DNA of 49,773 nucleotides from a virus (Duplodnaviria; Heunggongvirae; Uroviricota; Caudoviricetes): IMG/VR virus record IMGVR_UViG_647533158_000006; one strand, 5' to 3'. Shown piece by piece: positions 1 to 10,819 of this stretch (position 1 is its first letter; each line of letters starts with the position of its first letter). The notes under the pieces were generated by a model. It saw only the letters and a program-made list of their open reading frames with translations, ran no database searches and was not told where the DNA came from. The position numbers and the translations under genes were made by a program.

Positions 1-1236
1 CTACGATAACCGCGCATTCAACATAGCTACCTGTTCGTCGTTCATGTCATCAATCCACATACCGTAAATTTCATACACCATCTGCGCAGTTTCATGCCCC
101 ATCTGGCTGGCTATAAATGCCGGGTTCGCTCCTGCCGTCAACAGCCAGCAGGCAAAAGTATGTCGCGTATGGTACGGATTACGGCGGCGAATACCAGCAC
201 GTTTTACTGCTGCATTCCATCTCGCACCCAAACTGCTTACCGAGTAATAAGGTTTCTGTTTTCCGTTACACATCCTGGGCATGAAAACAAAATGCAGTTT
301 TTGCTTTTCGGTTCTGCCGTACTCCCGATGATAAAAAGTGATTTCGCTTTTGCGATGATGCCCGGTCAGTTTGTATTGCTCCTTCAGTGCTTCAAGAGCT
401 GGCTGTAGTAGTGTTACCGTCCGGATCCCCGCATTTGTTTTTGGGGGACCGAACATATCAAGTATCGTCAGGTTTCTTCTGACATTCACAATTCCCTTCT
501 CGAAATCCACATCCTCCCACGCCAGAGCAGCCAGTTCCCCGTGACGAAGCCCGGAGTAAACGGCAAATTTCCACAAGTTCTGGCTCTGTCCTTTTTCACT
601 TTCCATTAATGCATTGAATTCTGTTTTAGATAACGGATCAGGCTTTATTCTGTTTCGCTGTAATTTTTTTACTCCTTCAAATGGTTTGGTTGATATAAAT
701 CCCGACTGATACGCAAAACGTAACAACGAACAGAGCAGGGCGATATAGTTATCAACTGTGCGCACTGTTCTTCCTTTTTTGTTGGATCTTGGATTATCCA
801 GGTAAAGCGTTTCTCCATGCAGCAGTTCATTCCGGTAGTTTAAGATATCGCTATAACGAATATATGATATTGGGGTACTCTCACAAATTATTATCCTGAG
901 TGTTTTTAATTGTGATTTCGTTTTCTTCATTGTGTTTGTTGTTAACTCTGTCTCTTTAATTTTTGTCCAGATATCACAAAGCTCCCCGAACGTTTTTATG
1001 ACCCTCGTTGTCACCATTTTTGCCCCAGTGCTGGACTGGGGAAAACGTCTTAAATACTCAAATTCACCGGAGTTGATTTCATGAACTATCAACGCTCTTA
1101 AATTCCCGGCCTTTTTAATGTTACTATTAGTAACCTCCCAGCCTTTCAATGTTTCCCGACATCGTTTTCCTCGAAACATGAACCAGATGCGAATGTATTT
1201 ACCTCGAATCTCGACACCTGTTGGTAATTTAGACAT
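1..1236 (-). CDS. intR: Phage integrase, tyrosine recombinase (Rac IntR-like, 411 aa)
   Basis: Full ORF in track; C-terminal HTRHT...Y catalytic region typical of tyrosine recombinases; N-terminus MSKLPTGVEIRGKYIRIWF matches recalled Rac IntR; excisionase-like gene immediately upstream. Confidence 0.9.
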   Translation of the reverse strand: MSKLPTGVEIRGKYIRIWFMFRGKRCRETLKGWEVTNSNIKKAGNLRALIVHEINSGEFEYLRRFPQSSTGAKMVTTRVIKTFGELCDIWTKIKETELTTNTMKKTKSQLKTLRIIICESTPISYIRYSDILNYRNELLHGETLYLDNPRSNKKGRTVRTVDNYIALLCSLLRFAYQSGFISTKPFEGVKKLQRNRIKPDPLSKTEFNALMESEKGQSQNLWKFAVYSGLRHGELAALAWEDVDFEKGIVNVRRNLTILDMFGPPKTNAGIRTVTLLQPALEALKEQYKLTGHHRKSEITFYHREYGRTEKQKLHFVFMPRMCNGKQKPYYSVSSLGARWNAAVKRAGIRRRNPYHTRHTFACWLLTAGANPAFIASQMGHETAQMVYEIYGMWIDDMNDEQVAMLNARLS

Positions 1237-1237
1237 A

Positions 1238-1453
1238 TCATGAGTCTTTGATAAACTGATTTATCTTTGGATAGTTGTACCAGATAATCCCTCGCTTACT
1301 GTCTGGCTTCCCTAAAGGAGATACTCGTTTGAAGTGGAAGCCTTCCACCCAACAGTTCTGGCGGTATGCTTCAATTTGTCTGGCCCCCAGACCAGTGCGA
1401 AGCATCAGGCCGTATTCAACCATCCACTCTTCATTAAAGATTACTTGTGCCAT
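1238..1453 (-). CDS. Excisionase-like protein (probable start at internal Met, [10 protein letters not shown]...)
   Basis: Small ORF 2 nt upstream of int on same strand; GAGGTGA ribosome-binding site before the internal ATG; the track ORF extends to 1477. Confidence 0.6.
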   Translation of the reverse strand: MAQVIFNEEWMVEYGLMLRTGLGARQIEAYRQNCWVEGFHFKRVSPLGKPDSKRGIIWYNYPKINQFIKDS

Positions 1454-1552
1454 CGCATCACCTCTGGCAGGCGCCAATGTTAGACTGAAATTGACGCCCG
1501 ATGTTGATTATTAATAATCAGCTATGAAGTTTTAATTTGAATACAATGCAAT

Positions 1553-1813
1553 TCACGAAGATTGAAGTTTCTCGCAATTAAAATTTATAAGTTTTACTTT
1601 CTGCTCTCTGGAAACTCCAGCTTCTTTTTTCCCTGAGAGCATTTTTTCGCATTCCGATTTGGTTAACTTTGTTGTTGAGTACCTTGTCCAGCTGGTAGGA
1701 GAACCTCCTTCCTTTTCAATAGTGGCGGTAATTTTATACATGAACACCTCCATTATTATTTCCAGTAGTTCGTTTATTCCATCTTTCGAGTGCTTCTTTT
1801 TCACTTCCACCAT
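1553..1813 (-). CDS. Hypothetical small protein (true start possibly at internal Met near 1753)
   Basis: Track ORF; overlaps the 3' end of the lar-like gene in another frame, so the exact start is uncertain. Confidence 0.4.
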   Translation of the reverse strand: MVEVKKKHSKDGINELLEIIMEVFMYKITATIEKEGGSPTSWTRYSTTKLTKSECEKMLSGKKEAGVSREQKVKLINFNCEKLQSS

Positions 1814-1928
1814 AGCCGGTTCGGGATTCGCATCCGTTACACTTCACGCGGTAATATCCTGAAATGGCTTTCACCGTTACTGATGGACAACCACAAAAAG
1901 GGCATGGTTTGACTTTTTCATACCGCAT
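1734..1928 (-). CDS. lar: Lar-family restriction alleviation protein
   Basis: Translation contains MRYEKVKPCPFCGCPSVTVK...CNGCESRTGYGG, the Cys-rich Lar/RalR signature; position between xis and recombination genes as in Rac. Confidence 0.7.
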   Translation of the reverse strand: MRYEKVKPCPFCGCPSVTVKAISGYYRVKCNGCESRTGYGGSEKEALERWNKRTTGNNNGGVHV

Positions 1929-1991
1929 TGTCTTTTCTCTCATAAAATAAATTTTTTTGATGGCGGTGGGACTACACCGCCAAAGTAAATA

Positions 1992-3044
1992 TCAGGAGCC
2001 GATATATTCTGGTTTCATATCTGTCAGTGTCGTTTTATACGCCTCATATAATTCACCCAGATGTGGCCGAGCAGTATTCAGCGTATTTTCCAGAGCAGTA
2101 AATTTTTGTTCTGCTTCTGGATCACCTGAAGAAGGAAGGTCATTTATCATCTTCTCAATACGGGCAATAGCATTGAGACGGTGATGACGCTGAACCACTT
2201 TTCCTTTAAGTTCCGTATAGAGAGCGCCAAGTGTATTTTTATGCTCTTCCACTTCCTGGCGAAGTGCTGTTGTTTCCCCGGTGCTTTGTGCCTGCTCAAT
2301 ACGTTCACGGAAAGCATCGATCCAGTTTTCCCCGGCATCCTGCTCAATAATTGTTGTTTCACGTTCCGCGCGGCAAGCGGATGTGTTTTTATGTTCCTGA
2401 ACCGGGTTAATGATTTTTTCCTGTGGCTCGTCCAGTTCGTCCCTGGTGTACACTCCAAGAATCACTTCGGGGCAATAAAGGCGCGCCCAGCGTTTCAGCG
2501 CCAGATAGGCAAGCTGCTGGCGAGGATCGTCGGACCATAGCGTTGAGTTACGTGTTCTGGCCTGCGCCAGAAGTAATTCCAGTACGCGCGGTTTACTTTC
2601 GCCGCGTAGTGTTGCCTGGACACGAACACCGATCCCGTTTTCATCAGCCAGTTTCCATCCCGGGACGCGATATTCCTTTCCTTTGTCGTTCTTCCTGATT
2701 TCAAACTTTCCGATGATTTTTTCCCACGGTCCGAACCAGTCATATTCAATACGCCCGGTTAGCGGCCCACGGGTGCTGATTACGGCGTTAACCAGTTGCG
2801 CTTCATACCCTAGCACACCATTCACAACGAAAGTTTTCTGAGCTACTGCGTAAGGGTTCATTTGCCACTGCATCGCCTGCATGGTGATGGCCATACAGTC
2901 TGATGGGTTTCCCCGGAGGTGTTCCGGTACTGTAGCCATGCCGGAAGCCATTACCTGAGAAAATGTCTGAATTGCAGCCAGGGACTGAGGGCTGAAAACC
3001 GCAACGTTAGAGTTAATATTTTCTTGTTGAGTTAATTCGTTCAT
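1992..3044 (-). CDS. Single-strand annealing recombinase partner of RecE (RecT-like by position; family not certain)
   Basis: 350-aa ORF immediately downstream of the recE-like gene in the same operon; sequence does not match my recollection of K-12 RecT. Confidence 0.55.
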   Translation of the reverse strand: MNELTQQENINSNVAVFSPQSLAAIQTFSQVMASGMATVPEHLRGNPSDCMAITMQAMQWQMNPYAVAQKTFVVNGVLGYEAQLVNAVISTRGPLTGRIEYDWFGPWEKIIGKFEIRKNDKGKEYRVPGWKLADENGIGVRVQATLRGESKPRVLELLLAQARTRNSTLWSDDPRQQLAYLALKRWARLYCPEVILGVYTRDELDEPQEKIINPVQEHKNTSACRAERETTIIEQDAGENWIDAFRERIEQAQSTGETTALRQEVEEHKNTLGALYTELKGKVVQRHHRLNAIARIEKMINDLPSSGDPEAEQKFTALENTLNTARPHLGELYEAYKTTLTDMKPEYIGS

Positions 3045-3055
3045 TGTGTCCTTCC

Positions 3056-6000
3056 TCAGATGCTCAGTGCTTCAAGACGACGAAGATCAAAGTCGTTTAA
3101 TTCGTCGGTATAACTTTCGGTAATCGGTGCTGGCCAGTTGTTTGTCTCCAGGGCTTCGTTTATCTGTCGTAGCGTCCGGCGATATTCCTGTCGACCAAGT
3201 TCCAGGAGTTCCTGCGAGGCTTCCACGACTGCCACCCAGTGATAGCCAGCATCTTTGTTGACGAAGATCCAGAAAAATTTGTCCAGGTTTGCCACATCGC
3301 AATACATTGCTGCGCTGAGGTGATAATCACGCTCAATAATTTCACGGTGCAGGCGATCTTTCAGTCGTTCCTGTCGCACATAACCGAGGCTGACTGACTT
3401 CACGTCGGCGCAAATGCTTTCGTATGGCAGTCGGATTTCGATATCAGGACGGACCCTGATTTCCAGCCCGGTTTCTTCATCAAACCCGAAATAGCTGATT
3501 TCAGATTTGCGATCCGGGTGGTTGAGTAGCCTTGCTGCATCAGTATTGTTTTGCAGTGCAGCGTGAATATTTTTTGCCTGTTCATACATATCTGAACTGA
3601 TAAACGTTTTCCCGGCGTTTTCTTCTTGCTGGCGTTTTTGCCAGTCCTCCAGGGTAACCAGTTCCGGGCGAATTTTCCGGGCGATTTCGGTTAATTGCTC
3701 TTTCGTGCCACTGATGTTGTAAGGCAAAGATTTAGCACGTTCTTTTTTCGCCAGTTCTGGATCTATAGTTTCAATTTGCTCCAGAAGTTGCTCCCGTGTT
3801 CCACTGGTTTTCAACAGAGGAGGGAGGGTTGCATTGTATTCTCTAATGCAGGCTTTCATTGCCGATGCAGTATGTTTCTCCTCCTCCGGAATACGCTGGA
3901 ATTCCACCGGAAGCGAACCGTAAAGGATGCCTGTTTCTTCGGCTCCAGCACTTACCGACAGTGGCTGGATAAGAGTGCTGTTGTAGCTTTCGATCCACTC
4001 TTTCATCTGCTCTGGTGTCATCAGTGCTGGCAGACTGGCATTGTGTTTTTTGATAATGGCGATCAGTTCGTGAGAAGTGGTAACCACATGTTCAGGAACC
4101 GGTACCGGAATAGCATATTCATCAGCGAACTTATCCGTTTCCAGAACATAGCTGTGAATGATCCGCCCACGCAGCAATGCATCACTTTCCTCACTCGGAA
4201 TAGTTCCGGCAATGTGCCGTCCGTGGTAATACATCAGGCTGATACGAGCATCCTTCAGCATTGTGCTGCTTATTCCATTGGCAGAGTGATAAACCTCGTT
4301 CGGGAGGTTTTCATAGCGGCCTGGTTCGAAATATGATGGCCACATGATTTCAGTTGCTACAGGAGCTGACGCTTCACCAGTTTCATCACTGCAATTGTGA
4401 TGCGGATCGCTGCCAGCGTTCTCCTTGTGCAGATGTTCAGCGCCTTCCATTTCCTCCGGATCTTTTTCCTGAGATTCATCCAGATTTTCTTCATTAAAGG
4501 TTTCCTGATACGTTGCGTCGCCCATTACCACAGCACAGTCAGGGCAGCTATCCCCGCCAGTCTGACCGCAGGCATTGCAGACTTTTTCCGGTTCATGTTG
4601 CACTACTGGCTCAGGTTGTTTCACATCCGGGCTAGTTTTTTCAGTTTCTGGCGTGTTTTGTTCCGTTTCTGGCTGGTTCTGGTACACAGAATCGCGAGTC
4701 TGGATCCCCTTAACCCATTTCGGATCGTTCGGGTCGCTAATCCCTTCAACGAACTCACCACGCGAGGCCGCCAGCAATTTGTCTGCATCGACAGGATTTT
4801 TGGGCGGAATGTTTTTCCTGCCTTCATGGAGTTCTGCCCGCTTTTTCTGGTATTCCGCATCAACAGGGTTTACCTGTGACTGAGCATCCAGCGGCTGCGT
4901 GTCCTGATGATGTTCAGTTGCGTCCGGTTCCATTGTTTCAGCCGTTGCCTGTTTATCTGCCATTGTTCCAGATGGTTGTAGTTTTTCTTCATCATCCTGT
5001 TTTCCTTCTTCTGTTACACGCTGTGGTATCGGGGCAGAGGAGCGACCGCAGGCAATATCCACGATTTCCGGATCAGGGTTGGCATGATCGGTTTCAGTCA
5101 GTACTTTGTTCAGATATTCAGTGACGTGCGCGGGGATGACCTCGATCCCAATTGGTGCTTCTTTCACGGACGCAACCACGATGGCGCGTGAATAATCCAG
5201 CCCGCCAGGCATAGTGATGAATTTGTCGCGGAAAACAGAAAAGGGCGGTTTATTTTCAGCGATAATTTCCTCAATGCGTTTAGCGTGTGCTGGATGAAGG
5301 TTATAGATGTCCACGTCCATTGAACGGGCCAGTACGCCAGTGGCTACATCGCGCGCCAGTGACGTCAGATCGTGGACGAAACCTTCGCCGCGATCGGTGA
5401 GGTTCCCGCCGCCAGCATTAGCACCGGAAGCCGTGCGAGTGATGCGTGAAACACGATTCCCTTTTCGCCATTCTTTTGTCAGAAGACCGCGATCAATGTG
5501 TTCGGTATCCAGCCAGGCTGAAATGAAATTCTTAAATTCATAGGGCTGATGTTTTTTCGTGATAGAGAAAACTGCCTTAATTGCATCAGTCAGGCGGAGC
5601 AGGGCGGCATTATCCAGAGTTGTTGGTTCTGCCATGCCGCGTATGGCCAACAGCAGATTCTGGACATAGCTGTTTTCCTGATCCATCTCAAGAGCAGTAA
5701 TGTGTTCGCGTTGTTCTCGGGTGGCATGATGCAGGTATTTCCGATCCCCGGCCGCATACGTAAAAATGTGCAGAAGACGCTGTGTGAACCGCAAAGTAGA
5801 TACAGAGACTTCGCAATCCTGGCAATCCCCGTGAGCGTCTGCCTGTGTGTTTTCTTCCTGGCCTCCCGCCGGTTCTTCGATTTCCGGTGCATTATCCTGA
5901 TGGTGAACGTCGTCTGGCGCTGCTCCCGGTTTTAGTTCCCAGGTCATGGAGTCTTTGCTGAGTTGATAGCGTTCACTCCAGGTAAAATCGATCTCACCTT

Positions 6001-6199
6001 CAGGGGGAAGGTCATTAACGACAGGAAAATTCGTGGCAACAGGTTTAAAATAGCTGCTCAGTTTTTTACCTGACTTAACGAGCAGGTAATCCAGAGTGGC
6101 ACAGGTCGATTCAAAATCGTCGCTTGCCCACAGGACGACGTCAGGTTCACCGGATGATTTTTTCGCTTTCCGTAACAGGAAGAGTGGTTTTGTGCTCAT
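3056..6199 (-). CDS. recE: Exodeoxyribonuclease VIII (RecE) variant, 1047 aa
   Basis: N-terminus [26 protein letters not shown]... matches recalled Rac RecE; acidic middle region; C-terminal domain divergent from recalled K-12 RecE but with similar nuclease-domain architecture. Confidence 0.8.
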   Translation of the reverse strand: MSTKPLFLLRKAKKSSGEPDVVLWASDDFESTCATLDYLLVKSGKKLSSYFKPVATNFPVVNDLPPEGEIDFTWSERYQLSKDSMTWELKPGAAPDDVHHQDNAPEIEEPAGGQEENTQADAHGDCQDCEVSVSTLRFTQRLLHIFTYAAGDRKYLHHATREQREHITALEMDQENSYVQNLLLAIRGMAEPTTLDNAALLRLTDAIKAVFSITKKHQPYEFKNFISAWLDTEHIDRGLLTKEWRKGNRVSRITRTASGANAGGGNLTDRGEGFVHDLTSLARDVATGVLARSMDVDIYNLHPAHAKRIEEIIAENKPPFSVFRDKFITMPGGLDYSRAIVVASVKEAPIGIEVIPAHVTEYLNKVLTETDHANPDPEIVDIACGRSSAPIPQRVTEEGKQDDEEKLQPSGTMADKQATAETMEPDATEHHQDTQPLDAQSQVNPVDAEYQKKRAELHEGRKNIPPKNPVDADKLLAASRGEFVEGISDPNDPKWVKGIQTRDSVYQNQPETEQNTPETEKTSPDVKQPEPVVQHEPEKVCNACGQTGGDSCPDCAVVMGDATYQETFNEENLDESQEKDPEEMEGAEHLHKENAGSDPHHNCSDETGEASAPVATEIMWPSYFEPGRYENLPNEVYHSANGISSTMLKDARISLMYYHGRHIAGTIPSEESDALLRGRIIHSYVLETDKFADEYAIPVPVPEHVVTTSHELIAIIKKHNASLPALMTPEQMKEWIESYNSTLIQPLSVSAGAEETGILYGSLPVEFQRIPEEEKHTASAMKACIREYNATLPPLLKTSGTREQLLEQIETIDPELAKKERAKSLPYNISGTKEQLTEIARKIRPELVTLEDWQKRQQEENAGKTFISSDMYEQAKNIHAALQNNTDAARLLNHPDRKSEISYFGFDEETGLEIRVRPDIEIRLPYESICADVKSVSLGYVRQERLKDRLHREIIERDYHLSAAMYCDVANLDKFFWIFVNKDAGYHWVAVVEASQELLELGRQEYRRTLRQINEALETNNWPAPITESYTDELNDFDLRRLEALSI

Positions 6200-6300
6200 T
6201 GTTTTTTAACCTCAACTCAGATTAAAATTCGTTTTGTTCAGTGAATGATCTTGCCGGATACACACTGTTCATAGCCTGCGCCATACGCAGGCTATTTCTT

Positions 6301-6576
6301 TCAGATTTCACCGTTTAATTTCATTGCAATCAGAGTTGCCAGAAATCCGGCTTTTTTTTCTGCGGGCAGATTCTTTCCGATGTGAACCAGGCACATTTTT
6401 GTGACACCTTCATCAAGTGTTTTTACGTTGCCTGATGGACCGTCGATATCAACCACAGTGAATGGGGTTTCTTTTTTTTCTGTTTTAATCACGTAGCCAA
6501 TGCGCTTTCCTTCCAGATTAACCTCGTGAACAATGTCATCGGTAGTTACAACAGTGGCTTCATAATTGGTAATCAT
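6301..6576 (-). CDS. racC: RacC-like protein (91 aa)
   Basis: 91-aa ORF MITNYEATVVTTDDIVHEVNLEGKRIGYV... matches recalled Rac RacC in length and sequence. Confidence 0.75.
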   Translation of the reverse strand: MITNYEATVVTTDDIVHEVNLEGKRIGYVIKTEKKETPFTVVDIDGPSGNVKTLDEGVTKMCLVHIGKNLPAEKKAGFLATLIAMKLNGEI

Positions 6577-6649
6577 GTTTTTCTCCTTAATTAGGTTGAG
6601 CGAATCCCTGCCATTGCTGGCATAAATTCAGTTTCGAATAGTCAGTTAA

Positions 6650-6826
6650 TTAAAGTTCGTGTGCCATCTGGTCTTTTTCGGCACATATTTCACTACAATA
6701 TTTTTTCATTTCCGTCGTTGGGATAACTCCACGCATGAAATGAAGTGGTGTTTTAATGCTTTTGCTTTCTTCAATTTCTTTATTACAAAGGTGGTAAGCA
6801 CATTTTATTTTCTTAGTCTTCACCAT
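6650..6826 (-). CDS. ydaE: YdaE-like small zinc-binding protein (56 aa)
   Basis: Hand-translated from minus strand: [58 protein letters not shown]; below the track length cutoff; Cys/His pattern; overlaps the kilR stop. Confidence 0.6.
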   Translation of the reverse strand: MVKTKKIKCAYHLCNKEIEESKSIKTPLHFMRGVIPTTEMKKYCSEICAEKDQMAHEL

Positions 6827-7041
6827 GACTCCGCCTTTACAGGTAAACCATCACGACCGAGGAAGACTTTGATCATGCAGTCAGTAATGCATGTTTTTGT
6901 GGTCAGGCTACGGATATAAAGTTTCCTCTTTTTAATATTATTTGCCGAGGCAATATATGTCCGGCCTTCATGAAGAACATAATCGCCAGGAGTCACACAC
7001 TGACGTGGTATTTCATCAGTTCCGAAGTGATGTGCAATCAT
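6820..7041 (-). CDS. kilR: KilR-like cell-division inhibitor (73 aa from the MIAHHFG start)
   Basis: Track ORF 6820..7053; internal start gives 73 aa [32 protein letters not shown]..., matching recalled Rac KilR. Confidence 0.75.
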   Translation of the reverse strand: MIAHHFGTDEIPRQCVTPGDYVLHEGRTYIASANNIKKRKLYIRSLTTKTCITDCMIKVFLGRDGLPVKAESW

Positions 7042-7446
7042 AATTATCTCCATTTTTACAAATGAACTTTGTTGATGCGGCGCCTGGTGCCTCCAGGTGA
7101 CTGCAACCAGTTAACAATTACAGTCGGCTTTCCCACCCAAACCAATAAGGACTAACATGACTTTTAACTGTGCCGCGTGCGCTTAGCCGCATTCACCGCA
7201 TCACAAAATTCACTTTAAAAAGGGCGGACATCAGTCGAACTTCAAGAAAAAACTGATGCCGCCAAGACTACACACAGCAGTGTTGTTATTCACAACCGGA
7301 GGCGCACTCCCACCATTTAAATTTAACAGACAAGACCGACTCTTTATGGATATCGGAAATGCGCCTTCGTGTTGTATGCCTGTCTTTTTACCACTTCAGG
7401 CTCGGTGGTATACTGGAGTTTCCACACAACCAGTAGGGAATTACTT

Positions 7447-7680
7447 ATGCCTATTCAATCTCAACACAAAAATATTGATTATCTTTCCGCCAGATTAGAG
7501 GCTACCGCGCTTGTTCTTGAAGAACTTGTTAAACTTCTTACGCCAGAGCAGCGTGAAAAACTGAATCTGGCAATTGCCGGGCGTTGCCCAGGCGTGAAAA
7601 ATGCGTCTCTCAGGAATAGAAATTCTCCCGCATATCAATTATTACAGTTCATCAATGATGGCGTCGGCAGCAGCGATTAA
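7447..7680 (+). CDS. Hypothetical protein (77 aa from MPIQSQHKNIDYL)
   Basis: Track ORF 7369..7680; internal ATG preceded by a GGGAA-type ribosome-binding site and an extended -10-like TGGTATACT; 3' end overlaps the convergent gene. Confidence 0.45.
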   Translation: MPIQSQHKNIDYLSARLEATALVLEELVKLLTPEQREKLNLAIAGRCPGVKNASLRNRNSPAYQLLQFINDGVGSSD

Positions 7681-7947
7681 TTTTTCTAATGCCTCTTCGA
7701 CATGATAATTGTATGGTTGTAGTGACCTGAAATCTGCAATTGCATCAGCCAGGTTTCGCGCCATTACGGCTGGTGCGATTTTTTTTGCTGCTGATACCCG
7801 GCTGGCGAGTTCCAGTGCGAGACGTGCCTGCCCTGGAGTTAACTCTCTTTCCTTTGCCATTGTTGATGCCTGTACAGACAATTCATACGCCAGACAAAAA
7901 ACAGCATTATTCGTTTCTAGCGGATCAATACCCTGAGTAAATGTCAT
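7642..7947 (-). CDS. Hypothetical protein (101 aa) downstream of the repressor gene on the same strand
   Basis: Track ORF; alanine-rich helical composition; sits where cI-cotranscribed exclusion genes lie in lambda. Confidence 0.5.
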   Translation of the reverse strand: MTFTQGIDPLETNNAVFCLAYELSVQASTMAKERELTPGQARLALELASRVSAAKKIAPAVMARNLADAIADFRSLQPYNYHVEEALEKLIAAADAIIDEL

Positions 7948-8135
7948 CTTATCTCTCCCCTTAACGCCGGGTGGCGGAACTGTTTGCTGAGAACACCGTG
8001 CGGTGTCTTGATGGAATGTAATTTAGTTTTCTCATGTCTACGGGTCAAGTGTTTTTGATGAGAAAACTCAATATCAAATGTGAAATAAAGCCAACACATT
8101 GAAATGTAAGGCTTTAAATTTTTATGAAGGGATGA

Positions 8136-8543
8136 TTATTGATGCTTATTACGTTTGCGAGCTTCTAGTAGCTCGGTGAATAGGCGATTAAAATTCTCAA
8201 CGCGGGCACGAAGTTCGCTGATTTGTGCTTGTTGCTCTGATTTTGGTAGTGCGCGATATAATCGCAACATCTCAAACTCATCTTCCGATAAGTCTAAGGC
8301 GTTGTTGAGTGCAACTGGGGGATCCGGTGTTTTATCCTCGTCGCCAAACAGTATCCAAGTCGGTGAGCATTGCAATACCTCGGCTAGGCGATGCAAATTT
8401 TGCCCGCGCGGGGCTGTATGGTCACTTTCCCACAATGAAATTGATGAGCCAGATACGCCAGCAGCCTTGCTTAAATCGTTTTGACTTAAGCCAACCTGTT
8501 TGCGTCTTTCTCTAATTCGTTGACCTAAAGTTTTCTCGTTCAT
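8136..8543 (-). CDS. CI-like prophage repressor, XRE-family helix-turn-helix
   Basis: N-terminal HTH signature QRIRERRKQVGLSQNDLSKAAGVSGSSISLWE; divergent from the Cro-like gene. Confidence 0.8.
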   Translation of the reverse strand: MNEKTLGQRIRERRKQVGLSQNDLSKAAGVSGSSISLWESDHTAPRGQNLHRLAEVLQCSPTWILFGDEDKTPDPPVALNNALDLSEDEFEMLRLYRALPKSEQQAQISELRARVENFNRLFTELLEARKRNKHQ

Positions 8544-8620
8544 ATTTAGATATCTTAATAATCCTTGACTTGAGATTCCTTGAGTGATTAATATTGAGAA
8601 AACTCAAGCGTGGGGGAGTG

Positions 8621-8848
8621 ATGTTTAAATCAGACGTAATTAATTTTTATGGCACGAAGGCCAAAGTGGCGAAAGCTGCTGGCGTTGATCCATCTGCTGT
8701 TTCTCAATGGGGAGAACTGGTTCCCGAAGGTCGCGCGATGCGTCTACAAAAAGCATCTGGCGGGGAGCTTCAGTACGACCCCAAAGTTTATGACGAATAT
8801 CGTAAGGCAAAACGACCTGGGAAGGTGATTCATGAAAATCAGGCATGA
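8621..8848 (+). CDS. Cro-like / YdaS-family regulator
   Basis: Track ORF from 8594; ATG at 8621 preceded by GGGGGAG; small protein divergent from the repressor. Confidence 0.65.
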   Translation: MFKSDVINFYGTKAKVAKAAGVDPSAVSQWGELVPEGRAMRLQKASGGELQYDPKVYDEYRKAKRPGKVIHENQA

Positions 8849-9254
8849 GCACATCGAATCAGTGCTGTTAGCCCTGGCAGCCGAAAAAGGGCAGGCGTGG
8901 GTCGCTAACGCAATTACTGAAGAATATCTGCGCCAGGGGGGCGGCGAATTGCCCCTGGTACCAGGCAAGGACTGGAATAATCAGCAGAACATCTATCACC
9001 GCTGGTTGAAAGGTGAAACAAAAGCGCAAAGGGAAAAAATTCAGAAGCTGATCCCAGCAATTCTGGCAATCCTTCCGCGCGAGCTGCGTCACCGACTCTG
9101 CATCTTCGATACCCTGGAACGCCGTGCATTACTGGCGGCGGAGGAAGCGTTGAGTACGGCAATTGATGCGCATGATGATGCAGTTCAGGCCGTTTACCGG
9201 AAAGCGCATTTCAGCGGCGGTGGGTCTTCCGACGATTCTGTCATTGTTCATTAA
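8832..9254 (+). CDS. YdaT-like (CII-like) protein, 140 aa
   Basis: Same length and position as Rac YdaT; overlaps the upstream gene end. Confidence 0.6.
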   Translation: MKIRHEHIESVLLALAAEKGQAWVANAITEEYLRQGGGELPLVPGKDWNNQQNIYHRWLKGETKAQREKIQKLIPAILAILPRELRHRLCIFDTLERRALLAAEEALSTAIDAHDDAVQAVYRKAHFSGGGSSDDSVIVH

Positions 9255-9317
9255 GCAAAAGTTTCCATGCTGGTTGTGCTTATTCTAAGCCACCGGGCAG
9301 CATCATACGGGGCAATT

Positions 9318-10331
9318 ATGGCCGCATTACCATACATGCAACTGTACATAGCTGATTACCTGGCTGACACCATGCATTTGTCAGCAGAGGAACACGGTGC
9401 GTATTTGTTGCTGATGTTCAATTACTGGCAAACAGGAAAGCCAATACCCAAAAACAGGCTGGCAAAAATTGCCCGTCTTACTAACGAGCGATGGGCTGAT
9501 GTTGAACCATCCTTGCGGGAGTTTTTTTGCGATAACGGCGACGAATGGGTGCATCTTCGGATTGAGGAAGATCTGGCATCAGTCAGGGAAAAGTTAACCA
9601 AAAAATCAGCCGCAGGAAAAGCATCTGTTCAGGCCAGAAGAAGCAGAAAGGAAGCAGATGTTCAAACAAAACAAGAGAGAAATTTAACAGGTGTTCAAAC
9701 ATATGTTGGAGTGGTGTTTGAACATGATGCCAACACAAAAGCAACTAATAAAGATACAGATCTAAAAGAATTAAACCCCACACATAACGCGCGCGTACGC
9801 GAGAGTACTCCGACAAGTGAGTCGAACGGTACGCCATCGCAGACAACGGAACCCGAATATCTTGACGGCCTGATTGAACCCATCGGGAAATTTCCGATGA
9901 CCGATGGCTGGCATCCGTCGCTGGATTTTCGACGACGGGCTGCACTGTGGGGCGTTGCCCTGCCAGAGCCGGAATTTACACATGCCGAACTTGCTGCCTT
10001 CCGGGACTACTGGACGGCGGAGGGGAAAGTTTTCACGCAGGTTCAGTGGGAGCAGAAATTCGCCCGTCACGTAAATCACGTCAGGGCGCAGGTTAAACCA
10101 GTCAGCAAGGGGGTGAGCCATGCAGCAGCACCAGGTGGCACCGCATCACGGGCAGTTCGGGAAATTCGGGCAGCACGTGAACAGTGGGAACGTGAAAACG
10201 GATTTATCAGCGACGGAAACGGCGTGGAAGCTGTGGGAACTCATGGGGGAGGTTTATTCGAACCGCTGGACTCAGAAGAACGGGGCCGCACCTTCGAAGC
10301 TCTGGATTGCACAGATTGGCGCGATGACTGA
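9318..10331 (+). CDS. Replication initiation protein, O-like (DUF1376/YdaU-like N-terminus)
   Basis: Track ORF from 9267; [38 protein letters not shown] motif typical of DUF1376 replication proteins. Confidence 0.65.
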   Translation: MAALPYMQLYIADYLADTMHLSAEEHGAYLLLMFNYWQTGKPIPKNRLAKIARLTNERWADVEPSLREFFCDNGDEWVHLRIEEDLASVREKLTKKSAAGKASVQARRSRKEADVQTKQERNLTGVQTYVGVVFEHDANTKATNKDTDLKELNPTHNARVRESTPTSESNGTPSQTTEPEYLDGLIEPIGKFPMTDGWHPSLDFRRRAALWGVALPEPEFTHAELAAFRDYWTAEGKVFTQVQWEQKFARHVNHVRAQVKPVSKGVSHAAAPGGTASRAVREIRAAREQWERENGFISDGNGVEAVGTHGGGLFEPLDSEERGRTFEALDCTDWRDD

Positions 10332-10785
10332 GCAGCAAATCCGGCAGGTCTGCCGCCAGTGCATGGAGCGTTGTCGGGCGGGTGAAACATGGCCTCCTGA
10401 CCTGGCAGAGTTTGTGGCGTTGATTTCGGAAAGTGGGGCAAATCCGTTTGGTTTGACTGTGGATGCCGTGATGGAGGAGTACCGACGCTGGCGCAACGAG
10501 TCCTGGCGATACGACGGAAGCGATAAATACCCGTGGTCTCAGCCTGTGCTGTATCACATTTGCCTCGAGATGCGGGCAAAAGGGATTGAGCGTCAGATGA
10601 CCGAAGGGGAGTTAAAACGACTTGCAGAACGGCAACTGGCGAAATGGGCAAAACAAGTTGGTGACGGCCTCAGTGTTCCGCCAGTCCGGCGGCAACTGGC
10701 TGCACCAGAACGCCCGTCGGGGCCAACTCCAATTGAGTTGCTGAAACAGGAATACGAACGCCGGAAAGCGGCTGGTTTTGTTTGA
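10324..10785 (+). CDS. Replication protein P-like (DnaB helicase loader domain)
   Basis: Start ATG overlaps the upstream stop (ATGACTGA); segments [10 protein letters not shown] and [10 protein letters not shown] resemble lambda P (PSPGQFVAW, SYPWKS). Confidence 0.6.
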   Translation: MTEQQIRQVCRQCMERCRAGETWPPDLAEFVALISESGANPFGLTVDAVMEEYRRWRNESWRYDGSDKYPWSQPVLYHICLEMRAKGIERQMTEGELKRLAERQLAKWAKQVGDGLSVPPVRRQLAAPERPSGPTPIELLKQEYERRKAAGFV

Positions 10786-10819
10786 GTTGAGAAGTAATTT
10801 TTACCGGGAGGAAATTTTA

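Noticed and set aside
3695-5124. Several plus-strand ORFs of 80-213 aa antisense to recE
   Set aside because: They lie entirely inside the well-supported recE coding region on the opposite strand, lack ribosome-binding sites and have low-complexity translations; shadow ORFs.
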